NCBI GenBank assembly: GCA_963790025.1 | Contig: CAWBMP010000003.1 | Location: 128,001 to 192,000 of the forward strand | Direction: 5' to 3' | DNA from: Nitrospirota bacterium | GTDB taxonomy: Bacteria; Nitrospirota; Thermodesulfovibrionia; Thermodesulfovibrionales; Dissulfurispiraceae | DNA length: 64,000 nucleotides | Shown: piece by piece, positions 29,251 through 37,713 of the stretch | How the letters are laid out: the number at the start of each line of letters is the position of its first letter | Position numbering within the stretch: position 1 is the stretch's first letter | Translations under genes and position numbers: made by a program | The notes under the pieces: model-generated | What the model saw: the letters and a program-made list of their open reading frames with translations, nothing else | Databases searched by the model: none | What the model was told of the DNA's origin: nothing

Positions 29251-29289
29251 ATGTAATTAATTACATTGAACTATGTATTGAGTTACCAT
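29251..29289. promoter_or_regulatory. Candidate enhancer-binding-protein sites (UAS)
   Basis: Perfect palindrome ATGTAATTAATTACAT (29251-29266) and a degenerate copy ATGTATTGAGTTACCAT 22 bp along. Confidence 0.6.
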
Positions 29290-29319
29290 TGTGGGCCTGA
29301 CAGCATGTGTATAAAGAAC

Positions 29320-30687
29320 TCAATCACGATCCCCTCCTATCCCATATTCCTTTATCTTGGTCAGCAATGTTTTATAACTCACTTTAAGCATTTCCGCTGC
29401 ACGCGTCTTATTACCTCCAGTCTGAAGTAAAACCGCTTTAATTCTTGATTTCTCTGCGTTTTTGACTGCAGCCTGTGCGATTTCCGGCAGCGTTCCTTCA
29501 TCTCCGGCTTTTTGCGTTGATCGGGGCCAGGCAGGATTCAGGTGTTCCGGCCCAAGCACATGACCATCACATAAGATGACAGCACGCTCAACAATATTCC
29601 TCAGCTCTCTCGTATTGCCTTTCCATTCGTTGACAAGCAGTATTCGCTCGGCTTCGGGCGAAAGCGCCGGGATCGCTTTGTTCATTTCCGATGAGAAGAA
29701 ATTTATAAAATATGATGCAAGAGGGACAATGTCTTCCTTTCGCTCTCTCAGAGGCGGGAGGTATAGAGGGAATACATTCAAACGGTAATAAAGGTCTTCC
29801 CTGAAGCTCTCTTCCTTGACTTCCTTTTCGAGGTCTTTATTGCTGGCTGCAAGTACCCGCACATCGACTTTAACGGTTTTTGTGCTCCCAACGCGCTCAA
29901 ACTCGTTTTCCTGCAGCACACGCAGGAGTTTTGATTGCAGCGAAAGTTCCATGTCCCCGATTTCATCAAGAAATATGGTCCCCCTGTCAGCGAGTTCAAA
30001 CCTGCCCGGCTTTATTTCCGAAGCACCAGTAAACGCACCCTTTTCATGGCCGAATATTTCATTTTCAATTAAATCTTTAGGTATTGCGGCGCAATTAACT
30101 GCAATAAAAGGTTCTTTCGCCCTGGGACCGAGGTGATGGATAGCCCTGGCAACAAGTTCCTTGCCTGTACCGCTTTCACCAAGGACCAATACGGTTGTCT
30201 TCAGTGGGGCCACTTTCCTGATTTTTTCCATAACCATGTTCCACTGTTCGCTCACCCCCACCATTTCTGGCATTTTTAGAAATTTTTGGAATTCATTTCT
30301 GAAGACAAGGTTCTCTTTCTGCACGGTCCGCTCCTCAAGTGCGCGTCTCAGAATAAGTATAAAGTGGTCAGGATTGAAGGGCTTCGTAATAAAATCATAA
30401 GCGCCTTCTTTTATTGCACTGACAGCAATTTCAATGCTGCCGAATGCAGTCATTACGATAACAGGAATAAAAGGGGACACCTGACTGATCGTTTTAACTA
30501 TTGCCATTCCGTCTCCGTCAGGCAGTTTCAGGTCCGTAATCACTGCACTGATGTTCTCCCGTGAGAGAGCGTCAAGCCCATCCTTGACAGTCATGGCTGA
30601 TAGAACGGAAAACCCCTCCGACCTGAGCGTCCTGCCGAGCATGTCTGCCATGCTCTGTTTATCTTCAACTATTAGAATAGTTTGCAT
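29320..30687 (-). CDS. sigma54-dependent response regulator (NtrC/PilR family)
   Basis: Receiver (DLKLPDGDG), GESGTGKE, GAFTGA, C-terminal Fis-type HTH. Confidence 0.93.
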   Translation of the reverse strand: MQTILIVEDKQSMADMLGRTLRSEGFSVLSAMTVKDGLDALSRENISAVITDLKLPDGDGMAIVKTISQVSPFIPVIVMTAFGSIEIAVSAIKEGAYDFITKPFNPDHFILILRRALEERTVQKENLVFRNEFQKFLKMPEMVGVSEQWNMVMEKIRKVAPLKTTVLVLGESGTGKELVARAIHHLGPRAKEPFIAVNCAAIPKDLIENEIFGHEKGAFTGASEIKPGRFELADRGTIFLDEIGDMELSLQSKLLRVLQENEFERVGSTKTVKVDVRVLAASNKDLEKEVKEESFREDLYYRLNVFPLYLPPLRERKEDIVPLASYFINFFSSEMNKAIPALSPEAERILLVNEWKGNTRELRNIVERAVILCDGHVLGPEHLNPAWPRSTQKAGDEGTLPEIAQAAVKNAEKSRIKAVLLQTGGNKTRAAEMLKVSYKTLLTKIKEYGIGGDRD

Positions 30688-30689
30688 AA

Positions 30690-31547
30690 TTATTGTACCG
30701 GCAAAAACAGACGAAAAGTGCTGCCCTTCCCTTCTTTGCTGTTTAAACTCGTGCCTCCCCCATGGGCCAATGCAATTTTATGCACGAGGGCAAGTCCTAT
30801 GCCTGAGCCGCTGCTTTTTGTAGTGTAAAAGGGCATAAATATCTTATTGAAATCAGTTTTCGGTATGCCCTTGCCGTTATCCTTGATAGCAATGGATACC
30901 CCATCTCTGCCGGTCCCGTCGGACAAATCCGCCTTTTCTATATCTATCCTTATCTTATCGCCTGCGTGTACGGCATTCTGAAGCAGGTTCTTGACAGCCT
31001 GCCTGAGAAGCGTCTTATCACCTTTGATTAAAACAGGACCACAAGGGGAGAATTTGATTTCTGAAGCAGTATCACCCATGTTAATTACAATATCTTTGAC
31101 AAAACTTACCACTTCGATGTCTGTCTTGTTCAGGGGTTCGGATTTTGAAAACTTCAGAAGTTCCTCCATCACCCGGTTCATTTCTTCTATTTCATTAAGA
31201 ATCGCCTGTACAATCTCCCTTCTGTTGTCGGTTTCTTCAAGACCCTTCAGCAGGAGTCGCGCATACCCGGCGATGACACCCATGGGATTCCTGAACTCGT
31301 GTGCAATTCCTGCACTCACCTCGCCGAGGGCAGCCAGCCTCTCCTTTATCATGAGCTGTTCTTTGAGGGATTTTATTTCACCACCTAGTGCAGTGAACGC
31401 ACCCATAACTGTATCCATTTCAATATGTTCGGCGTCCTGTCTTTTTTTCTTCAAAAAACGTGGGAAATAAAGAGTGAAAAAAAAGAGTGCGAGCAGGACA
31501 GCTGACGCTGACAATAAAACAATCAGCGCTTCAGGGTTGGTGCTCAT
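30690..31547 (-). CDS. Sensor histidine kinase, single N-terminal TM, no obvious sensor domain
   Basis: 'AHEFRNPM', 'NLLQNA', 'DNGKGI', 'PFYTTK..GSGIGLA'. Confidence 0.92.
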   Translation of the reverse strand: MSTNPEALIVLLSASAVLLALFFFTLYFPRFLKKKRQDAEHIEMDTVMGAFTALGGEIKSLKEQLMIKERLAALGEVSAGIAHEFRNPMGVIAGYARLLLKGLEETDNRREIVQAILNEIEEMNRVMEELLKFSKSEPLNKTDIEVVSFVKDIVINMGDTASEIKFSPCGPVLIKGDKTLLRQAVKNLLQNAVHAGDKIRIDIEKADLSDGTGRDGVSIAIKDNGKGIPKTDFNKIFMPFYTTKSSGSGIGLALVHKIALAHGGGTSLNSKEGKGSTFRLFLPVQ

Positions 31548-32443
31548 TACCTCCCGGTGATAAGCTCGATAAGCTTATCCGCCGGCAGTGTTCCTGAGTG
31601 CACCCTACCATCGGGAAGAATCAATGTCGGAGTGCCTGAAATGCCAAGGGATCCGGCCAACTTAATATTGTCGTCAATTTCCATCGTACTGCACTCGGCC
31701 TTTGTAATCGGCTTCCCTTCAAAATTCTCATCCATCATCTTAAGTGATTTCTTGCATACGATAGACTTTGCCTTCCAATATGCGTCCTTATGAGCTGTCA
31801 GCGGGAACAGTTTAATATAAAAAACAATATCTTTTCTTTCAGCTACAACTTTTTTCATCTCCTGATGGAGTTTAGCGCAAAACGGGCATTCAGGATCGGT
31901 AAAAACGATTACTTTCTTTCGGGCGCTGCGGTCACCTAGCACCAGCGCATTCCGGAGAGGTATCTTCGAAACATCTATTTTCCTGTTGTTCTGTTCTTTA
32001 TCGATGGATTCCTGGGTCTTGTTGGAACCGCTGCTAACTTCAACAATGGGGCCGGCCACCAGAAACCTCTTTGAAAAATCTGTATAAAAAATGCCCTTCT
32101 TACCGTTATCATCGACGGATACTTCCCATAGTCCTTTAACAGGACTTATTTGGATGCCCGCAATTTTACCGGTAGAGTGAATTTTTTTTAGTATGCCGAG
32201 GGCCTCCTCGTTGGTCAAGGTGTGGCATTTCTTGCAATCGCCGTCGCATCCGCCTTCACTGAAAGTATGGCCCGGGACAGGAAAGAAAAAGGTAAGAAGA
32301 AGGCATAAGGCTAACAGAGTTATAGCGTTGAGCCTGCTGCGTTCAGAAAAAAATTGCCTTTGACACCGAACGCTGTACCCGGAGCACTGTACGCAGGAGG
32401 CCTTTAATCCATCAACCTTTATCATATTTGTTATGTTAATCAA
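31547..32443 (-). CDS. dsbC: DsbC-family thiol:disulfide isomerase with N-terminal CxxCH (start uncertain)
   Basis: 'FTDPECPFC', 'GISGTPT', dimerisation-like region 'SPVKGLWEV'. Confidence 0.85.
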   Translation of the reverse strand: MINITNMIKVDGLKASCVQCSGYSVRCQRQFFSERSRLNAITLLALCLLLTFFFPVPGHTFSEGGCDGDCKKCHTLTNEEALGILKKIHSTGKIAGIQISPVKGLWEVSVDDNGKKGIFYTDFSKRFLVAGPIVEVSSGSNKTQESIDKEQNNRKIDVSKIPLRNALVLGDRSARKKVIVFTDPECPFCAKLHQEMKKVVAERKDIVFYIKLFPLTAHKDAYWKAKSIVCKKSLKMMDENFEGKPITKAECSTMEIDDNIKLAGSLGISGTPTLILPDGRVHSGTLPADKLIELITGR

Positions 32444-32451
32444 TTTTCTCT

Positions 32452-32481
32452 TTGAATTTCAAGTTACAGTTTTGTTATAAT
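32452..32481 (+). promoter_or_regulatory. sigma70-type promoter of scpB (likely leaderless transcript)
   Basis: TTGAAT-N18-TATAAT with TG extension, 8 nt before ATG32490, no SD. Confidence 0.55.
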
Positions 32482-32489
32482 TCACGGCA

Positions 32490-33020
32490 ATGGAGGATTT
32501 CTCACCAAAAGCGGTTCTCGAGGCCTTGTTGTTTGTTGCCGGAGAACCCGTAAACATTAGCAGCCTGGTAAAGGCAACAGACCTGCCTGAACACGAAATC
32601 AAAAGATTGCTGGACGAATTGTCTTCTGACTACAAGTCCAGGAATTCCGGCATTCTTGTTATCGGGATCGCAGAGGGATACCAGGTGGTAACCGATCCCA
32701 ATCTCTCACTGTGGATAAAACGTTTTAAACACATCAACCAAACTAATAAACTCTCGCAGCCTGCCCTTGAGACACTGGCGATAATTGCGTATAAACAGCC
32801 TGTAACAAAACTGGAGGTAGACCAATTGCGGGGTGTCAATTCCGACGGGGCCGTCAAGGGCCTTCTGGATAAGCATTTAATTAAAATAGTCGGTAAAAAA
32901 GAAACGCCCGGCAGACCGTTTCTATATGGTACGACAAAAGAGTTCATGCAGTACTTTGGCCTCGAAAGTTTAAGCGACTTACCGCCTATAAGTGATTTTT
33001 TAAAGGACGAGGCGGCATAA
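32490..33020 (+). CDS. scpB: SMC-Scp complex subunit ScpB
   Basis: 'LEALLF', 'LSQPALETLAIIAYKQPVT', 'PGRPFLYGTT..F..YFGL'. Confidence 0.95.
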   Translation: MEDFSPKAVLEALLFVAGEPVNISSLVKATDLPEHEIKRLLDELSSDYKSRNSGILVIGIAEGYQVVTDPNLSLWIKRFKHINQTNKLSQPALETLAIIAYKQPVTKLEVDQLRGVNSDGAVKGLLDKHLIKIVGKKETPGRPFLYGTTKEFMQYFGLESLSDLPPISDFLKDEAA

Positions 33021-33045
33021 CTAAACGATTAAAGGAGGACGCAGC

Positions 33046-34212
33046 ATGAAGCGATTTTATGCAGTACTATCCTTTATCATTGCTTTTTCTTTCATCACTG
33101 TAACGGCGGGCGCAAATACTTCCTACACGGTCAGGAAAGGCGATACATTACAGAAGATATGCAAAAAATATAAAGTCAGCGTATTCGAAATAAAGGAATC
33201 CAATGGCCTCAAGTCCAGCAAATTAGGTACCGGAATGAAGCTGTCCATTCCCGGACCCGAAAACAGTCGCAGGAATAAATATACGTCTCGCAACTCAAAG
33301 AATAATTCGTCAAGCTATGCTGTCTCTGAAAGATCCGAAACCAAAAACGCCAAAGACGATGGAACAGTGCATATAGTGAAAAAAGGCGATACGCTGAAAT
33401 CTCTGGCCAGGAAATATGGAGTCACAGTTAATGAATTGAAGAGGGCCAATAATCTGAAAAGGGGCAAATTGAAGATCGGCCAGCAGATCGTGCTCAAAAG
33501 CAATAGCCATGCACCCAATACATATACTGTCAGAAAGGGAGATACGGTCCGTAAGGTTGCGAGGCGCTTCAAGCTGAACGTCGATGATTTAAAAGACATT
33601 AACGGTTTGCAGGGAAACTCTCTTAAGCCCGGTCAAAAACTTTATCTGGCAAGAATTACCCCGAAAATTAGGGAAGCCACTTCTAAACCAACCGACATTT
33701 ATGCAGAAAAAGCCGGCCCTGCGGTTACCTCCGCCCGTCTGGAAGAGGTGAAAGAGATGTCAATTTCTGAAGATGTTCTTGCTGACCTTGATATAAAAGA
33801 GCGTCTTATTCTTTTTGCTAAAAAGATGCTGCACCTACCGTATCATTTCGGCGGAAGTGGCGCAATCGGCCTGGATTGTTCCGCATATGTACAGAAAGTG
33901 TTTGGCTTTATCGGACAGCAGATTCCGCGCAGCGCCCGTGAACAGTTCAACCTTGGAGAAGCTGTAGAAAAAGAAGATCTGGAATCAGGGGACTTGGTTT
34001 TCTTCAAGACCTATGCGTCTTTTCCTTCGCATGTGGGTATTTATCTTGGAAACAACCTTTTCATACATGCCTCATCACTTTCCAGGAAAATAACAATTGA
34101 TAGCCTTGAAACCCCTTACTATTTCAGGCATTTCATCGGCGCCAAGCGCATAATCCCCGATGACGATACTGATGTTGGCCTGATCGAAACACCGGCTGTT
34201 AAAGTGAACTGA
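33046..34212 (+). CDS. LysM x3 + NlpC/P60 peptidoglycan endopeptidase
   Basis: Three LysM units (YTVRKGDT, HIVKKGDT, YTVRKGDT); 'DCSAYV', 'GDLVFF', 'HVGIY..FIHAS'. Confidence 0.92.
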   Translation: MKRFYAVLSFIIAFSFITVTAGANTSYTVRKGDTLQKICKKYKVSVFEIKESNGLKSSKLGTGMKLSIPGPENSRRNKYTSRNSKNNSSSYAVSERSETKNAKDDGTVHIVKKGDTLKSLARKYGVTVNELKRANNLKRGKLKIGQQIVLKSNSHAPNTYTVRKGDTVRKVARRFKLNVDDLKDINGLQGNSLKPGQKLYLARITPKIREATSKPTDIYAEKAGPAVTSARLEEVKEMSISEDVLADLDIKERLILFAKKMLHLPYHFGGSGAIGLDCSAYVQKVFGFIGQQIPRSAREQFNLGEAVEKEDLESGDLVFFKTYASFPSHVGIYLGNNLFIHASSLSRKITIDSLETPYYFRHFIGAKRIIPDDDTDVGLIETPAVKVN

Positions 34213-34213
34213 T

Positions 34214-35707
34214 TTATTTTCTTAGTACTTCTGGATTAGTATGCGGAATAAACAGCGCCGCGGGGAACTCCTTCATGAATTCACCGTCAGTGTTCATTTC
34301 CCTGTAAGTGACCATAGCGCAGATAGCATCGATGTCCTTGAGGAGAGTACTGTCCATAAGCAGCATTTCGGCCCCGGCGAGAGACGAGTTCCCTAATGGA
34401 ATAAACCTGTCCCGCTGAATATCAGGAATAAACCCTATCCTAATAGCCTTGTCGGTATCTATTCCGGTACCGAGTGCGCCGCTTACATAAAACCTTGCAA
34501 TGTCCCTGAAACTAAGTCCTACAGCCTTGACCATTACATATAATGATGCAAACATTGCGGCCTTGGACCGCAGAAAATTCTCTATGTCGGTTTCCTTGAC
34601 TACAATTGTAGCAGCTTCAGATTCATGCAGGACAAAGCCTTTGCGCCCGTCGGTCTCCCTTATTTTTCCTGAACTGCCGACGAATTTCCCCTGCTGGTTT
34701 ATAATACTTGCGGCATATAGTTCTGAGATCAGATCTATCATGCCGGATCCGCAAATGCCTTTAGGCGGCTTGTCACCGATAGTTTTTATCAAAACAGTAC
34801 CATCGTCCCTTCGGATGTCGACATTACAGATAGCGCCCTCTTCTGCCCTCATACCGGCTTCGGCGATGCCGCTCTCCAGTGCCGGGCCTGCGGCCCCGGC
34901 CCCTACCATTATCCATTCATCACACCCAAGGACAATTTCAGCATTAGTTCCTGCATCAACAATGATAAACGGCTCTTTTTGTTTATATCCTCCTGAAAAA
35001 AGAATACCTGATATGATATCGCCGCCTACATAGCTTCCGGCATTGGGGAATATGTAAACGAGACCCGGTTCATGAATACTGATGCCGATAGTATGAGGCG
35101 CAATGAAAGAAGGTTTATGTACCGCCGGTATATATGGTTCAACCGGAATGGCGTCTACAGACAAGTTCAACAGGAAGTGGGTCATAATAGTATTGCCTGC
35201 AATAATAACTGCTCCGACGTCTTCGATTGCAACTCCGTGCCCGGCACAGAGCTTACCGATTAATTTATTGATTCCGTTGACAAGAAGTGAATGAAGAGAA
35301 TCACCCTTGCCGCCCATGGCCAGGTGCACCCTCGTGAGCACATCCAGCCCGGCACTGATCTGGGGGTTCTCGATTTCAGAACTTCCTATCCGCTCTTTCT
35401 TAATCATGTCGAAGAGCGAGGCGACCATATTTGTTGTGCCTATATCAAGCGCCACAGCATAGGACACCGGCCTTCCTACGTCAATGACCTTATAACTATC
35501 CCCCATGGATCCGAGAACAAGTGTTATCGAAAAATCGTGTTCTCTTAAATAAGCCGGAAGCTTTCTGAGGAGCGCAAGGTCAATGTCTACAGGATCTGCA
35601 ATTCCGATGCTCTTCAATCCATCAAGCAGCCGTTCCTTATCAGCCCGCTTGTCGGATGGTGATGGCTGATCCACGGTCAAGAATACGGTAGTTATAATTG
35701 GTTGCAT
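34214..35707 (-). CDS. ASKHA-family corrinoid reductive activator (RACo/AcsV, DUF4445-like), lacking the N-terminal 2Fe-2S domain
   Basis: 'ALDIGTTN', 'NPQ..GLDVLTR', 'YVGGDI', 'DAGTNAE', 'AAGPALE', 'GICGSG', 'GNSSLAGA', 'FIPHT'. Confidence 0.85.
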   Translation of the reverse strand: MQPIITTVFLTVDQPSPSDKRADKERLLDGLKSIGIADPVDIDLALLRKLPAYLREHDFSITLVLGSMGDSYKVIDVGRPVSYAVALDIGTTNMVASLFDMIKKERIGSSEIENPQISAGLDVLTRVHLAMGGKGDSLHSLLVNGINKLIGKLCAGHGVAIEDVGAVIIAGNTIMTHFLLNLSVDAIPVEPYIPAVHKPSFIAPHTIGISIHEPGLVYIFPNAGSYVGGDIISGILFSGGYKQKEPFIIVDAGTNAEIVLGCDEWIMVGAGAAGPALESGIAEAGMRAEEGAICNVDIRRDDGTVLIKTIGDKPPKGICGSGMIDLISELYAASIINQQGKFVGSSGKIRETDGRKGFVLHESEAATIVVKETDIENFLRSKAAMFASLYVMVKAVGLSFRDIARFYVSGALGTGIDTDKAIRIGFIPDIQRDRFIPLGNSSLAGAEMLLMDSTLLKDIDAICAMVTYREMNTDGEFMKEFPAALFIPHTNPEVLRK

Positions 35708-35789
35708 ATATTGGAAACCGTCTTTTTTGGTTTTGATTATAACACAACAAGTAAGAGACCGGCGCAAATAGAATTGTCAACCCCGCGAG

Positions 35790-36548
35790 TTACTTTGAGT
35801 TCTTCCCAACATTACTGAAGATAGGAAATCTCATTATTCCGGATTTGGACAATACATATTTCATTGTTACGCCAAGCACCCCGAATCCATATTTGACGCT
35901 CCTGCGAAAGTTTATTGATGAAGCGTCATCAAAATATTTCGTTGGACAGCTTATCTCTCCGATTCTGAATCCGAAATACACAGCCTGGGCGAGTATCTCA
36001 TTATCGAAGACGAAATCATCGGAGTTTGCCTCCAGTGGCAGCGATTCAAGCAGAGCTTGGCTGAATGCCCGGAATCCCGTGTGGTATTCCGAAAGCTTGG
36101 CACCAAGGAGCAAATTTTCTACAAAAGTAAGAAACCGGTTCGCAATATACTTATAGAGCGGCATGCCTCCTTTCAGCGCTCCTCCTCCAAGTATTCTCGA
36201 TCCAAGAACGAGGTCATAATGTCCGGAAATAATCATGGAGGACATTGCCGTTACAAGGCGGGGAGAGTATTGGTAATCAGGGTGGAGCATTACTACTACA
36301 TCAGCCCCTCTTGTCAATGCCTCTTTGTAGCATGTCTTCTGGTTGCCGCCATAGCCGCGATTCTCAATATGAATAATCGTATGAATACCGAGTTTCCTTG
36401 CCTTTAGGGCAGTGTCGTCCCCGCTCCCGTCATCAACCAGGATCACCTCATCTACGATATCCTTCGGAATCTCACGGTACGTCATTTCAAGGGTCTTCGA
36501 TGCATTATAGGCGGGCATGACCACAACGATTTTCTTTTGCTCAAGCAT
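35790..36548 (-). CDS. Glycosyltransferase family 2 (DPM1-like)
   Basis: 'VVMPAYN', 'VDDGSGD', 'NRGYGGNQK', 'MLHPDYQY'. Confidence 0.9.
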   Translation of the reverse strand: MLEQKKIVVVMPAYNASKTLEMTYREIPKDIVDEVILVDDGSGDDTALKARKLGIHTIIHIENRGYGGNQKTCYKEALTRGADVVVMLHPDYQYSPRLVTAMSSMIISGHYDLVLGSRILGGGALKGGMPLYKYIANRFLTFVENLLLGAKLSEYHTGFRAFSQALLESLPLEANSDDFVFDNEILAQAVYFGFRIGEISCPTKYFDDASSINFRRSVKYGFGVLGVTMKYVLSKSGIMRFPIFSNVGKNSK

Positions 36549-36616
36549 ATATCCCCTCTGCCTTGCGCACATTTTTACAGCAGCTTATTTATAACATAGA
36601 CGCGCCGGTCCCTTCC

Positions 36617-37327
36617 TTAGAATAATTTTGAGATCAGGAATGGGACTGCCGCTTCGACCGGCAGAATTCTTTCTCCCGCCTGGACAACCCGAAACCCCAA
36701 TGCCCGGAACATATCGATCTCATAAGGAATGAACCCCCCTTCCGGTCCGACTGCAAGAGTCACCGGACATCCAACACTGCACGGGAAAGTCTCCGGCGCA
36801 GTCGGATGGGCAACAAGCGGTAGGGTATTTTTCATTATATCCGGCATCTCATCTTCAACAAATGGTTTAAATAAAGGCCGCAACAGCACTTCAGGCTTAA
36901 CAGTATCGCGGGATTGTTCGAGACCCCGCAGCAGTTGTCTTCTGATAATCATTGCATCGAGTGCCGGGCTTTGCCAGAAACTTTTTTCGACCCTTCGGGA
37001 ATTGATGAGAATGATTTTTCTGACACCAAGTGCACTTGTCATATATAACACTCTCCTAAGTATTTTGGGTCTCGGCATGGCAAGAACAAGAGTTATCGGA
37101 AGTTTCGGAGGCGGTTTTTTGTAAAACCGGACTTCCATTTCCAGAGTATCGCCGCTCAATAACGTAACCAGTCCGCTACCGATATCTCCGCCTTCCAGGC
37201 CTACACAGAGTTCATCTCCTATAGAGGCATGGTGTATTTCCAGAACATGCCGCATACGCCGGTCGCTGAGACGCACAAGATGTCTTCCTTCGACAAAATC
37301 GTTTTCAAAAAGAATAATAAGGTTCAT
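36617..37327 (-). CDS. rsmE: 16S rRNA m3U1498 methyltransferase RsmE family
   Basis: SPOUT motifs 'VGPEGGF' and 'RILPVEAA'. Confidence 0.85.
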   Translation of the reverse strand: MNLIILFENDFVEGRHLVRLSDRRMRHVLEIHHASIGDELCVGLEGGDIGSGLVTLLSGDTLEMEVRFYKKPPPKLPITLVLAMPRPKILRRVLYMTSALGVRKIILINSRRVEKSFWQSPALDAMIIRRQLLRGLEQSRDTVKPEVLLRPLFKPFVEDEMPDIMKNTLPLVAHPTAPETFPCSVGCPVTLAVGPEGGFIPYEIDMFRALGFRVVQAGERILPVEAAVPFLISKLF

Positions 37328-37332
37328 AGTAA

Positions 37333-37534
37333 GTACTTCGATTCATAAATATGGTTGCATTCGAACGCCGCTGCACCCCTCCAGCTTCGTTGCGCTCCTT
37401 CTCCGTACACAAACGGGGTCCCCGGCAAGTCGGAGACTTGCTGGGGTGCAGAACGGTACGCCTCCACTCGCGCGCCTTGCCGGCGCGGCGCATCAACGCT
37501 CTCAATGCGACACCATATTTATGAACTGAAGTAC
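37333..37534. mobile_element. MITE-like element, copy 1 (202 bp, with nested hairpin)
   Basis: Terminal inverted repeats GTACTTCGATTCATAAATATGGT / ACCATATTTATGAACTGAAGTAC; homologous to 55420-55581 in the opposite orientation; no transposase. Confidence 0.8.
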
Positions 37535-37578
37535 AATCTGCTATTCCAACTGACAGGCGATTTATTGTATAGTGTAAT

Positions 37579-37710
37579 ATGGTGTCCGGAGGATCTTATG
37601 GCCTCGTTTCAGTATCAAAGCGGAAGCCCCGCTGGCTGATTAAAATCCTGATCACGATTATTGCTATTGCATTGGTACTTACTGCCTTCCTGATATTCAG
37701 GCATTATTAA
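37579..37710 (+). CDS. Putative 43-aa single-pass membrane protein (MVSGGSYGLVSVSKRKPRWLIKILITIIAIALVLTAFLIFRHY)
   Basis: Basic patch followed by a ~20-aa hydrophobic helix; fills the gap and stops 3 nt from the convergent moeA stop. Confidence 0.5.
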   Translation: MVSGGSYGLVSVSKRKPRWLIKILITIIAIALVLTAFLIFRHY

Positions 37711-37713
37711 CCT

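Noticed and set aside
32414..32441. TTATGTTAAT resembling a XerD arm
   Set aside because: No matching XerC arm or inner TAA symmetry; AT-rich promoter DNA
37305..37639. ORFs of 66 and 94 aa (and 55501-55812)
   Set aside because: They are translations of the MITE-like repeat, not credible genes
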